Positions 9,901 to 17,944 of a stretch of DNA of 64,000 bases are shown here, piece after piece (position 1 is the stretch's first letter; each line of letters starts with the position of its first letter). Source of the DNA: Lentisphaeria bacterium (lineage in GTDB: Bacteria > Verrucomicrobiota > Lentisphaeria > Victivallales > UBA1829). The notes under the pieces were generated by a model. The model was not told where the DNA came from. It worked only from the letters and a program-made list of their open reading frames with translations, and did not search any database. The position numbers were made by a program, and so were the translations under genes. The DNA lies in the NCBI GenBank assembly GCA_017541665.1, contig JAFXYP010000036.1:8686-72685 (forward strand). The letters run 5' to 3'.

Positions 9901-12801
9901 CAGTACGATTTCCCCGGCATCGCCGCCCGGATCGCCGAACACGAAAAGGCGTTCTTCCTCGTGCGGTTCTTCAAGAACAATGCCCTGCTGAAGGAACTGG
10001 CGGGCCTGAAAAAGGGCGGCGGATCGAAGCTGACCATGTCCGAACTGAAGACGCTGCTCCCGGACGCGGAAGAATACAACGTTCTGCGGAGCAAACTCGA
10101 ATCCGGCCGCGGCCGGGCGGAAGAGCTGCTCGGCGCATACCGGAACGCCGGTTCGCCGGACCGGAATGCCGTGGAAGCCATGCTGTCGGACGCGGAAAAA
10201 GTCATGGCAATCGCATCGGAATTCGCCGGGGAAGAGTTGTTTGAAACGCTCCGCAAGTTGCTCCCGGACGCGAAACGGAATTTTGCCGAGTACCTTCCTT
10301 CGATTCAGAAACTCCGGGACGCCGAGGAAGGATTCACGGCGGCGCTGGACGGCTTCGCCGCACATTCCTCCGCCGCGGCCGAGATGGACAATCTTGACAC
10401 GCTTCGCGATTCCGTGCAGGCGGTCATCGTTCACGCCTCCGAACTGCGCCCCGCGCTCCGGTATCTCGTCCTCGCGAAGGAGGCGCGGGAACGCGGCCTC
10501 GCGAAGCTCGCCGGCGCACTCGAAAAAGGCTCGCTGGAACCGTCCGGATTCGCGGAATTCTGCGGCGACGTCTTCGCCTCGGCCATGCTCAACCGGATCC
10601 TGGCCGCATCTCCGGTCCTCAGCCAGTTCGACGGCGCCACGCACGACGACCGCATCCGCAAGTTCTCCGCGCTCGACGATGAATATACGGCGCTGGCGCG
10701 CAGGATCGTCTTCGCAAAACTCGCCGCATCCCTCCCGCGACGGCGTTCCGGCCCCTGCCCCGAAGGCACCGAGCTCGGATTGCTGAAACGCGAATGCGAA
10801 AAACGCGCCCGGCAGAAACCCGTCCGCCAGCTCCTGGAACAGATCCCGACGCTGGCGCCGATCCTCAAGCCGTGCTTCCTGATGAGCCCGCTCTCCGTGG
10901 CACAGTACCTGCCGCCCGACACCGCGCCGTTCGACCTGATCGTGTTCGACGAAGCCTCCCAGATACCGGTCTGGGACGCCATCGGCGTGATCGCACGCGG
11001 CAAGCAGCTGATCGTGGTCGGCGACCCGAAACAGATGCCCCCGACCAACTTCTTCCAGAAACAGGACGCGGACGGCGCGGACGACGAAACGGAAGACGTC
11101 GCCGACCTGGAAAGCATCCTGGACGAGTGCATCGCCGCCGGAGTCCATTCGGCATATCTGAACTGGCACTACCGCAGCCGCCACGAATCCCTGATCGCAT
11201 TCAGCAACCATTACTACTACGGGGACAAACTCTTTACGTTCCCCGCCGCGACCACGTCCGACCGGCTCGGCGTCCGCTTCGAGTTCGTCCCGGACGGCGT
11301 CTACGACCGCAAATCCACCCGTACCAACCGCAAGGAGGCGGAGGCCGTTGTGAAGTATGTATTCGACCGGCTGGCGCGCTCGGACAGGAAACGCTCCATC
11401 GGCATCGTGACATTCAGCCAGGCGCAGAAGGACCTGATCGAAGACCTGCTGGAGGACGAACGCAGGAGGCATCCCGGGCTGGAACCGTATTTCAGCGACA
11501 GGAACCCGGAGCCGCCGTTCGTGAAGAACCTCGAGAACGTGCAGGGCGACGAACGCGACGTGATCCTCTTCTCCATCGGCTACGCTCCGGACGCCGAGGG
11601 CAGGTTCGCCATGAACTTCGGACCTCTGAACCGCCAGGGCGGCGAACGCCGCCTGAACGTGGCGATCACGCGCGCCAAGGAACAGGTCGTGGTCTTCTCC
11701 AGCATCCATGCGAACCAGATCGACCTCTCGCGCACCGGAGCCGTCGGCGCGGCGCACCTCAAGTTCTTCCTCGACTACGCGGAAAAAGGCATCCGCATCC
11801 AGCATGGCAACACCGCCGGCGCGGCCGGGACCGGGCTCGCGGACGTCATCGCGGGAGTTCTGGCGGACAGCGGCTATCCGGTGGAACGCAGCTTCGGCAG
11901 TTCCGAGTACAAGATCGACCTCGCCGTCCGCAATCCCGACAAACCGGAGGATTTCCTGCTCGCCATCGAATGCGACGGCTCCTCCTATGCCGCCCAGCGC
12001 ACCACGCGCGACCGCGAACACCTCCGCCCGTCCGTCCTGCAATCGCTCGGCTGGCACACCTGCCGCGCATGGAGCGTGGACTGGGCGTTCGCACGCAAGC
12101 ATGCGGAGCAATGCCTCGTCCGGTATCTCGACGAGCTGAAAAATGCCCCGGCGGCAACCGAACCGGAACCGACCCCCGAGCCACCCGCGGAAAACGCCGA
12201 AGCGGTCCGTCCGGATGCCAATGACCCCGCTGCACAGGAAGAAGCGCCCCCCGCGCCATCACCGTCCGTTTCGCAGTTCCGGAAAGAATACCGGGTCTGG
12301 CGGCCCTCCGGCAAACTGAACCCGGATGCGTTCTACGAGCCGGAATCCCGCACGGTGATCCGGCAGCAAATCGAAGAGGTCATTCGTACCGAAGGCCCGG
12401 TTTACGAAAGCCTGCTGAAAAAACGCATCGTTAAAGCATGGGGATTCACCCGCGCCGGCGGCAATATCGCCGCAGTTCTGCAGGAATGCCTCCCTCGCGA
12501 CCTGACGACGACCGCAAACGCCGACGAACCGGTCTGCTGGCCGAAGGATGTCTCCCCCGCCGACTTCCGCGACTACCGAGTCGGCACGGACCGTGGATCC
12601 AGACGCGCCATCGACGAGATCCCGCCCGAAGAGCTCGCGAACGCCATGTATGAAATCCTCGTCGACTTCGCATCTTGCGAACGCGACGTCCTCTTCCGCG
12701 AAACGATCCGGCTTTTCGGGCTCAACACGCTTACGGCAAAAGCCCGGCAGTATCTCGAATACGCCGTCGCCGTGCTGCGGAATACCGGCCGACTCGATTA
12801 A
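6964..12801 (+). CDS. Giant multidomain protein: transglutaminase-like fold + DUF4011-like region + Upf1-like SF1 helicase + Vsr/DUF559-like (MTES_1575-type) endonuclease + DUF3320-like tail
   Basis: Start set at the first ATG after the araC-like stop (6964, in frame with the 6187 ORF). 1,945 aa. GTC230LDTT..TGH256AYIGCHLVD (Cys-His-Asp). W390TQKLLDLSLRNRLLNVR. Walker A GPPGTGKS (nt 9055-9078). DEAS (nt 10948). VVGDPKQMPP, YRSRHESL, VQGDERDVILFS, NVAITRAK. Nuclease-like YKIDLAV..LLAIECDGSSYA..LQSLGW (nt ~11850-12125). Confidence 0.9.
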   Translation: MSEEMSPVAPDAAPQLTAELEFLPFFNLAFQQNNIPAVQELKLSNRSDRPLAGLVCTFSSSPEMIQPKTIHAEEIAPGETLAMHGLGIELNFDFLTALSEAVRGKLKLDVFRNGQALCSREYGITAFAADQWTGRDVMPELLAAFVTPNLDVISELQARTSEELRKATGDASIDGYHSGKRERVYEICAAIYRAVYSWGIHYSLPPSSIGTPGQRIRFADNIFQYKLGTCLDTTVLFASVMEQCGLHPVIMLQTGHAYIGCHLVDRYFPDIPMDDLQAIRKLVDLDEFLVLETTAVCSGDNATFSKAEAIARTSHLNIDEDFHCAIDICRARRSGIRPLPLKRSVNGLELAPVENDVDKLGPEEMRTLQEQVDLSSLENGGTQSGRVRHWTQKLLDLSLRNRLLNVRDTKQIIPIACTDITVLEDKLAADENIALNTLSNLLNEKDIHDLAMLRNSEVKTEIKALLDSELNQHRLWSILPPPELNKRILAVYRQSKSDLEEGGVNTLFLAIGFLEWKQTERDAKSYLAPILLVPIQIRRKSVAEGFRISRLDEDTMINETLLELLRSQFRLTVPGLDPLPADESGVDVARVMQIFRQTLKDMKGWEVREEARIGLFSFSKFIMWNDLTARQDDLRKNALVSHLIEGGGLFDDGIEVFPPEEIAQHLDLKNLCCPLSADSSQLAAVIYSGRGKSFVLHGPPGTGKSQTITNIIAYNLALGRRVLFVSEKKAALDVVHNRLTKIGLKPFCLELHSNKAGKTEVLKQFAEALQIPETASPAEWDDVVASMEQTREELNRYVRELHNVYPNGLSAYDCFSRTLPLAEQPDPELAPEIDFLTQTREARETLERLVADLAIAFRGTSTDALDATRILDPVPWSPVQENNLLKSARVLASAAGTLKDAFAAVAPLLSMPPHSANIPAIRKTAELAALFPAVRDIPANLVCAQFPSHAEFLKAYLADDRRRAELESRLKPYRLDVFPQYDFPGIAARIAEHEKAFFLVRFFKNNALLKELAGLKKGGGSKLTMSELKTLLPDAEEYNVLRSKLESGRGRAEELLGAYRNAGSPDRNAVEAMLSDAEKVMAIASEFAGEELFETLRKLLPDAKRNFAEYLPSIQKLRDAEEGFTAALDGFAAHSSAAAEMDNLDTLRDSVQAVIVHASELRPALRYLVLAKEARERGLAKLAGALEKGSLEPSGFAEFCGDVFASAMLNRILAASPVLSQFDGATHDDRIRKFSALDDEYTALARRIVFAKLAASLPRRRSGPCPEGTELGLLKRECEKRARQKPVRQLLEQIPTLAPILKPCFLMSPLSVAQYLPPDTAPFDLIVFDEASQIPVWDAIGVIARGKQLIVVGDPKQMPPTNFFQKQDADGADDETEDVADLESILDECIAAGVHSAYLNWHYRSRHESLIAFSNHYYYGDKLFTFPAATTSDRLGVRFEFVPDGVYDRKSTRTNRKEAEAVVKYVFDRLARSDRKRSIGIVTFSQAQKDLIEDLLEDERRRHPGLEPYFSDRNPEPPFVKNLENVQGDERDVILFSIGYAPDAEGRFAMNFGPLNRQGGERRLNVAITRAKEQVVVFSSIHANQIDLSRTGAVGAAHLKFFLDYAEKGIRIQHGNTAGAAGTGLADVIAGVLADSGYPVERSFGSSEYKIDLAVRNPDKPEDFLLAIECDGSSYAAQRTTRDREHLRPSVLQSLGWHTCRAWSVDWAFARKHAEQCLVRYLDELKNAPAATEPEPTPEPPAENAEAVRPDANDPAAQEEAPPAPSPSVSQFRKEYRVWRPSGKLNPDAFYEPESRTVIRQQIEEVIRTEGPVYESLLKKRIVKAWGFTRAGGNIAAVLQECLPRDLTTTANADEPVCWPKDVSPADFRDYRVGTDRGSRRAIDEIPPEELANAMYEILVDFASCERDVLFRETIRLFGLNTLTAKARQYLEYAVAVLRNTGRLD

Positions 12802-12828
12802 TCGAACGCATTACGCGCCCGGCGGGCG

Positions 12829-13326
12829 TCACACCCGGCCGTTCAAAAGCTGCCGGATCAGGTCCAGCCCCTCCGCGGCGGCCGTCCCCATCGTGTCCGG
12901 GCTGACCAGATACCACACGCCCAGCACGTTCAGGACGACGTACAGCCAGAAGATGGCCATGTAGGAGACCTTCTTCCATTTGTGATGGAACCGTCCCTGC
13001 GCGTACAATGCCCCCGGCCAGCCGCAGAGCAGTTCCCAGAAATGCAGATAGAACTCCGGGATCCGCCAGTTCTGCTGTTCCGCAAGACGCTTATCCTCCC
13101 GGTAGAACAGGATCGTAAGCAGGCTGTTGCACACATACGCCAGCGCGACCCCGGGGACCGGCCGGCCCAGCAGAAGTGAAAGCGTCAGTCCGGGGACGAC
13201 CGCCAGCGGCCAGAAACATGCCAGCCTGGCGGGAAACGGCAGTTTCCTTCTTGCGGATTCCAAACCTCCGTTCCGGCGGGACCGGGGCGACATTCCCGAG
13301 GGCATCCGCCCCTTCCTGTCCGTCAT
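12829..13326 (-). CDS. DUF1294-family membrane protein
   Basis: Motif region YREDKRLAEQQNWRIPEFYLHFWELLCGWPGALYAQGRFHHKWKK is typical of DUF1294. Start placed at the ATG forming an ATGA overlap with the upstream gene stop (13323-13326). Confidence 0.7.
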   Translation of the reverse strand: MTDRKGRMPSGMSPRSRRNGGLESARRKLPFPARLACFWPLAVVPGLTLSLLLGRPVPGVALAYVCNSLLTILFYREDKRLAEQQNWRIPEFYLHFWELLCGWPGALYAQGRFHHKWKKVSYMAIFWLYVVLNVLGVWYLVSPDTMGTAAAEGLDLIRQLLNGRV

Positions 13327-13724
13327 GGCCGCTTCCGCTGTTCCTTTTTCCACTTCTTATAGGCGTCGATCTCCGACTGGAACGAGGATACGACGAGGGC
13401 AAACACCGCGGCATCGTCCACGAACCCGGCGATTGGGATGAAGTCCGGGATGATGTCAAGCGGGGAAACAAGATAGGTCACGGCAAACCCGATCGAGGCG
13501 ATGAGCTTCCACGGCACGGCCTTGTACTCCCCGGCCCGGTAATCCTGAAGCAGGGCCCACAAGACCTTGAAGGTCTCGAATTGATCTCCAAGGGATTTGG
13601 ATTTCTCCTCCGCGATCGCGCTGTCCTCCTGGACTTTCTCCAGGTCGTCCTCGGTAAAATTCCGGGTCCCGTACTCGAATGTCGAATTGATCCTCTCCTG
13701 ATCGACTTTGTCCTTTTCGTTCAT
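13323..13724 (-). CDS. DUF1232 (YkvA-like) membrane protein
   Basis: 133 aa with the DUF1232 signature YLVSPLDIIPDFIPIAGFVDDAAV. Confidence 0.7.
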   Translation of the reverse strand: MNEKDKVDQERINSTFEYGTRNFTEDDLEKVQEDSAIAEEKSKSLGDQFETFKVLWALLQDYRAGEYKAVPWKLIASIGFAVTYLVSPLDIIPDFIPIAGFVDDAAVFALVVSSFQSEIDAYKKWKKEQRKRP

Positions 13725-13897
13725 GATCCGCTCCTCCGGTTGTCTCGTTCTCCTGACGGCGCATTGAAAAAAAAGATGGACTTTTATTAGTATATCCCGT
13801 TTCCGCCGGATGTCAAATCAAAAAGGAACGGAATGTCCATTCTTGTGCGTTTTTTTAGGGGGAGCGAAGTCCGGGCGCCTTCGTCATGAGCAGGCGG

Positions 13898-14428
13898 TCA
13901 ATCGTCCGCGGGTTGCGGATACTCCAGTTCGCCGAGGTCGAATCCGAGTTCCGCCGCGCGTTTCAGGATGGCGTCGAGCCGGTCTTTCTCCATCGACGGC
14001 CGGCGGGCAAGCACCCAGAAGTAGTCGCGGCTTCCCGCGGTAACGACGGCATAACTGTAGTCCGGGGCGAGTTCGATGATGCGATAGTCGGAATAAAACG
14101 GCCAGAAAAACGACACGCGCAGTTCGCCGGCCAGGGGCTTCGCGTCCGGGTGCTTGAGTTTCGCCTTGCCCGTGACGGACGTTCTCTCGCCGTCGCGCAC
14201 GCCGCTGTTCTCGACCCGGATCGTGCCGTCGTCGTTCAATGTGTACTGCGCCTTCACCTCGTTCAGGTCTCGTTCGAAATACTGCGGCAGGCGCACGATC
14301 TCGTACCACGTGCCCATGTAGCGGTCCGGGTCGAAATCCCGCACCGCCGCGATGTCCGATGTCGTCGCGCATCCGGTCAATGCCGCCGCGATCGACGAAA
14401 TGATCCCGCTCATCAGAAAATGCTTCAT
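13898..14428 (-). CDS. blc: Outer-membrane lipocalin Blc
   Basis: 176 aa. Lipoprotein signal with lipobox LTGC. Lipocalin motifs FDPDRYMGTWYEI and YSYAVV..RDYFWVLAR. Confidence 0.85.
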   Translation of the reverse strand: MKHFLMSGIISSIAAALTGCATTSDIAAVRDFDPDRYMGTWYEIVRLPQYFERDLNEVKAQYTLNDDGTIRVENSGVRDGERTSVTGKAKLKHPDAKPLAGELRVSFFWPFYSDYRIIELAPDYSYAVVTAGSRDYFWVLARRPSMEKDRLDAILKRAAELGFDLGELEYPQPADD

Positions 14429-14523
14429 GGTCTCCCCCCTCTTCGGTTGATGATGGTCCGGCAGAGAGGATCATCCTTCCCCCGCTGCCCTTGCCATAAG
14501 ATACCATGGAAGTCGGCAAAAAG

Positions 14524-14573
14524 CAAATGCGGAACGGTCTTTTGTTCCCGAAAAAGTCCCGGAAATGCGGAAC
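14524..14573. repeat. Two 12-bp direct repeats AAATGCGGAACG in the blc upstream region
   Basis: Exact copies at 14524-14535 and 14562-14573, 95-135 nt upstream of the blc start (minus strand). Confidence 0.8.
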
Positions 14574-14636
14574 GTCCGCCGCATCCCTGCGACGGGACGG
14601 GCGGACGGTTTCAATCTATCTTGATTTTTTGGAGGA

Positions 14637-16631
14637 TCACCAGCGGCCGGACGCGCCGCCTCCGCCGAACGAACCGCCTCCGCCGCCCGAATGATGGGAA
14701 CTGGAATGGCTGGAGTACGAACGGGACGACGAGCGGGACGAGTAGGACGAGCCGGATCCGCCGGAATAGGACGAGACATGGACCGCAGTCGGGTCGACGA
14801 TGACCAGATGCGGAGCGGACGTCGCAACGATGCGTCCCCAGTATGCCAGAAGGATGGCGATCAGGCAGCCGAAGACGCCGAGCGCCCCCCACATGGAGTC
14901 GGACGGATTCAGGATGCGCGGGTCATGTTCCGGTTTCGCATAGGTCAGAGGCGGGTATTCGTTCACCTCCGGCACATAGGCCGTCTTCGGCGCGGCCGGC
15001 CGGGCGGGCGTCACGGCCACGCTTTCCGGGCGAACGCCTGTGACATAGAATTCGATGCCCTGCACGACCTTGATCGCCGCTTCTGCGTACTGTTCGGCGC
15101 GGAGTTCCGGCACGATCTCGCGGAGCAGGTCGCCGGCACGGGCATCGCTGACGGGCCCTTCCCAGCCATAGCCGATCTCGAGGCGGGACCGGTGGTCGTT
15201 GATGGCGAGCACCAGCAGCGCGCCGTTGTCCTCGCCCTTCTTGCCGACCTTGTATTTCATGGCGGCGTCGAGTCCGAAATCCTCAATGGAAGTCAGCCCG
15301 ATGGTCGGGACCGTCAGAACCATCATCTCGCCGCCGGTCTGCGCCTCGAGGTGACGGATGGCAGCCGCGAGCTTCGCCGCACCGTCCTCGCCGAACACCT
15401 CGGCATTGTCGACGATCCGCCAGTCGTCGAGCGGCGCGGGCGGGATCAGACTGTTTTCGGCGCGCGGGACATCCTTCTCCACCGGCTCCGACAGCGTCGA
15501 AGACACGAATCCGATGCCATAGAGGATGGCGATAACGGCGGCGGCGATCCGCAGGTACTTGTTGCGCAGGATGCCTTTGCCGTCGAATTCATTGGTATCC
15601 GTAAGCTTAAGCTTCTTGTTGTTTGCACGCTGTTTCTTGAATTTTTCCAGCACGGACGGACCATCTTCCAAGTCTTTTTTGCGCCGGCTCTTTCCACTTT
15701 TCAGGGAGAGGAACGCGACAACGCCGCAGATCGCCAGGAAGACGAGCGCATAGTGCATCGCGGAGCCCTCCCCGCCGCGGCTCGTGACGGACGAATACAG
15801 GATGCCCGCCGAATTCCCCTTTCCCTTGTTCTTCTCGGCATACGCCCGCATCCCGACGGATTCCTCGTCGTCGAAATCCTCGTCGAATTCTTCATCGAGC
15901 GCGGCGCCTGCCGCCTTCTCCTCCGCCTCGATCTGCTTTTCGATCTCCTCATCGGTCATGTTGGCGGGATTTTTGGCCGGAGACGTGCCCGCCTGCTGCG
16001 CCGCCTGCGATGCGGCAGTGTCCGTCGCGGCCGGGGCATTCGCCGCCGTCTGCAGGGAATACTTCAGGCGTTCCAGCAATGCGATCGCACAGGCGCCGCG
16101 TTCCTGACTCTTGTATTTCGCGGCTTCCTTCCCGACCGCCTGAACATCCCAGTCCGCCAGACGCCATCCGCTGCCAATCAGGCCGAACCGGATCGACGTG
16201 CCGCGGACGTCCTGCACCAGCAGCACGCCCTTCCCCGGCGCCCAGTCCGCCGCGATCTGGTCGAAGACCGCCACCGGATCGGCGAACCGCATATCCGGGA
16301 ACATCAGGGCCACGCTGCAGGACGCCATCTTTGCGATCTCTCCGGCGAGGGACTCGAGCTTCGTCCGGTCGTCCTCCAGCAGAACGCCTTCCGGGTCATA
16401 GACCGTAACGCCTCCCTCCGGCGTCTCGAAAACGGTCGCAACCTCACCGACGGAATGGTAATACCCCGTCGCGAGCGAACCGGCGAAAAACAGGAAGATG
16501 ACGAAGATCCAGATACACCCGAGACGCGGCAGACGCGCCTCCGGCTTCGGCGGGGAGTCCAGAAGCGTCTGGTATTTCTCGACTGGATCTGTCGGTGCGG
16601 GGGCGGAAACGGGGGATGATTTCTGTGCCAT
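14637..16631 (-). CDS. Membrane protein with two TPM (YgcG/DUF477-like) domains and a Gly/Ser-rich tail
   Basis: 664 aa. Four hydrophobic segments. Two TPM-like modules (VYDPEGVLLEDDRTKLESLAGEI.. and VDNAEVFGEDGAAKLAAAIRHLEAQTGGEMMVLTV..GYGWEG). C-terminal SGGSGSSYSS..HHSGGGGGSFGGGGASGRW is typical of TPM-domain proteins. Confidence 0.8.
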   Translation of the reverse strand: MAQKSSPVSAPAPTDPVEKYQTLLDSPPKPEARLPRLGCIWIFVIFLFFAGSLATGYYHSVGEVATVFETPEGGVTVYDPEGVLLEDDRTKLESLAGEIAKMASCSVALMFPDMRFADPVAVFDQIAADWAPGKGVLLVQDVRGTSIRFGLIGSGWRLADWDVQAVGKEAAKYKSQERGACAIALLERLKYSLQTAANAPAATDTAASQAAQQAGTSPAKNPANMTDEEIEKQIEAEEKAAGAALDEEFDEDFDDEESVGMRAYAEKNKGKGNSAGILYSSVTSRGGEGSAMHYALVFLAICGVVAFLSLKSGKSRRKKDLEDGPSVLEKFKKQRANNKKLKLTDTNEFDGKGILRNKYLRIAAAVIAILYGIGFVSSTLSEPVEKDVPRAENSLIPPAPLDDWRIVDNAEVFGEDGAAKLAAAIRHLEAQTGGEMMVLTVPTIGLTSIEDFGLDAAMKYKVGKKGEDNGALLVLAINDHRSRLEIGYGWEGPVSDARAGDLLREIVPELRAEQYAEAAIKVVQGIEFYVTGVRPESVAVTPARPAAPKTAYVPEVNEYPPLTYAKPEHDPRILNPSDSMWGALGVFGCLIAILLAYWGRIVATSAPHLVIVDPTAVHVSSYSGGSGSSYSSRSSSRSYSSHSSSHHSGGGGGSFGGGGASGRW

Positions 16632-16723
16632 GGTATCTTTGCGTGGTTGGGGATGTGTTTATGATAAAGGAAGCCTATGCGCTCCGGCAGCCGGAATCAG
16701 AAAAAAGAGACCGTCCGCCGTGC

Positions 16724-16745
16724 TTATCTAAATATTATCTAAATA
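16724..16745. repeat. Tandem 2 x 11 bp TTATCTAAATA in the upstream region of the TPM gene
   Basis: Exact adjacent copies at 16724-16734 and 16735-16745, ~95-115 nt upstream of the minus-strand start at 16631. Confidence 0.8.
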
Positions 16746-16777
16746 TAGTCCCGCTCGCGCGGAAAACAAGCAGGAAA

Positions 16778-16803
16778 CGCAAAAAATACCGTTATTTTTT
16801 GCG
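16778..16803 (-). terminator. AT-rich 11-bp-stem hairpin, possible terminator of the DMT transporter gene
   Basis: CGCAAAAAATA-ccgt-TATTTTTTGCG is a perfect inverted repeat. It lies 112 nt downstream of the minus-strand stop at 16915. Its T-run is embedded in the stem, so it is not a canonical terminator. Confidence 0.35.
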
Positions 16804-16914
16804 CGGGGAACGGATTGGTTTGATCCGTCTTTCTTCTCCAGCGGAAAAACTGCTGCATGACAATCAAAACGACAGACAAAAGGGGGTTGTCATTTTCTTC
16901 CGGAATATCCCGGC

Positions 16915-17832
16915 TTACCTCGTGCGGCCGGCGTTTGCCATGTAGACGCCGAGGACGATCAGGACCGCGCCGACGATCTGCACGGGCGTGAGCGGTTCCC
17001 GAAGCATCAGCGTGCCGGTCAGGACGGACACCAGCGTCGCCACGCCGATGAAGGATGCCGCCCGGTTCACGCCGAGCTTTTCGATGGCGGCGTTCGAGAG
17101 CCAGAACGCGAAGACGGAGCAGCCGATCCCCAGGTACAGTACGGCGATCAGGAACGGCCGGTCGCGGAACGGCAGGGCGACGAGCGTCCCGACGTTTCCG
17201 TCATGGAGGGCTTCGATCAGCGCCAGAGCCGTGAACAGCGCGGCGCCGGAAATCTGCATGGCATACGCGAGTTCCGCGCTCGTGTAGGCGGATGCCTTCT
17301 CGACGCAGATGAAATACAGCGAATAGGACAGCACGGCCACCGACAGGAAGATGTATCCGGGCACGGAGAGGCTGGACGTCATGCCGACGGCCGTGACGCA
17401 TGTCACCATGCCGACGAGCGTGGTCACGATGCCCGCGACCTGGATCCCGGACGGGCGGTTTTTCAGGAGCACGGCGGAAGCGACCAGGGAGATGACCGGG
17501 ATGCTCGCGACGAAGATGCCGCATTCCGTGGACGTGGTCCGGCTGATGCCGAGCGTCTCCCCCAGGAAATAAACGCAGGGGCAGAGCAGGATCACCTGAA
17601 GGAGCGGCTTCAGCGGCTTGCCCCGGAAACGGACCTTGATGAGTCCGGCGGCGATGCAGACGGTCATCACGGCGGCGGCGATCAGGAACCGCCACCCGAG
17701 GATGAAAAAGACGCCCGCCGTGTTCGTCGACTGTTTGGTGAACGCATAGCTCATACCGTGCAGGATCTCCGCACCGGCGGCGCAGACGCATCCTGTGAGC
17801 AGGGCTTTTTTCGATAGCTGTTTGACTGACAT
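16915..17832 (-). CDS. EamA/DMT-superfamily transporter
   Basis: 305 aa from ATG 17832 (MSVKQLSKK). About ten hydrophobic helices in two repeated halves, typical of EamA. The longer ORF to 18012 adds a non-hydrophobic Arg/Pro-rich leader and was trimmed. Confidence 0.8.
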   Translation of the reverse strand: MSVKQLSKKALLTGCVCAAGAEILHGMSYAFTKQSTNTAGVFFILGWRFLIAAAVMTVCIAAGLIKVRFRGKPLKPLLQVILLCPCVYFLGETLGISRTTSTECGIFVASIPVISLVASAVLLKNRPSGIQVAGIVTTLVGMVTCVTAVGMTSSLSVPGYIFLSVAVLSYSLYFICVEKASAYTSAELAYAMQISGAALFTALALIEALHDGNVGTLVALPFRDRPFLIAVLYLGIGCSVFAFWLSNAAIEKLGVNRAASFIGVATLVSVLTGTLMLREPLTPVQIVGAVLIVLGVYMANAGRTR

Positions 17833-17944
17833 GGAGAGACTCGGCCGTTTCGGCGTTTTCCCCGTCGAAATACCGACAGGGAATCTTAATAAAATACACC
17901 GTCGCGGCAGCTTTTGCAAGTGCGGACAGCACAAAACGGCTTTT

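Noticed and set aside
6967-12111. 1,714-aa ORF antisense to the helicase-nuclease gene
   Set aside because: Low-complexity R/G/A/V/E/D composition without any recognisable motif. The sense strand carries ordered helicase and nuclease motifs.
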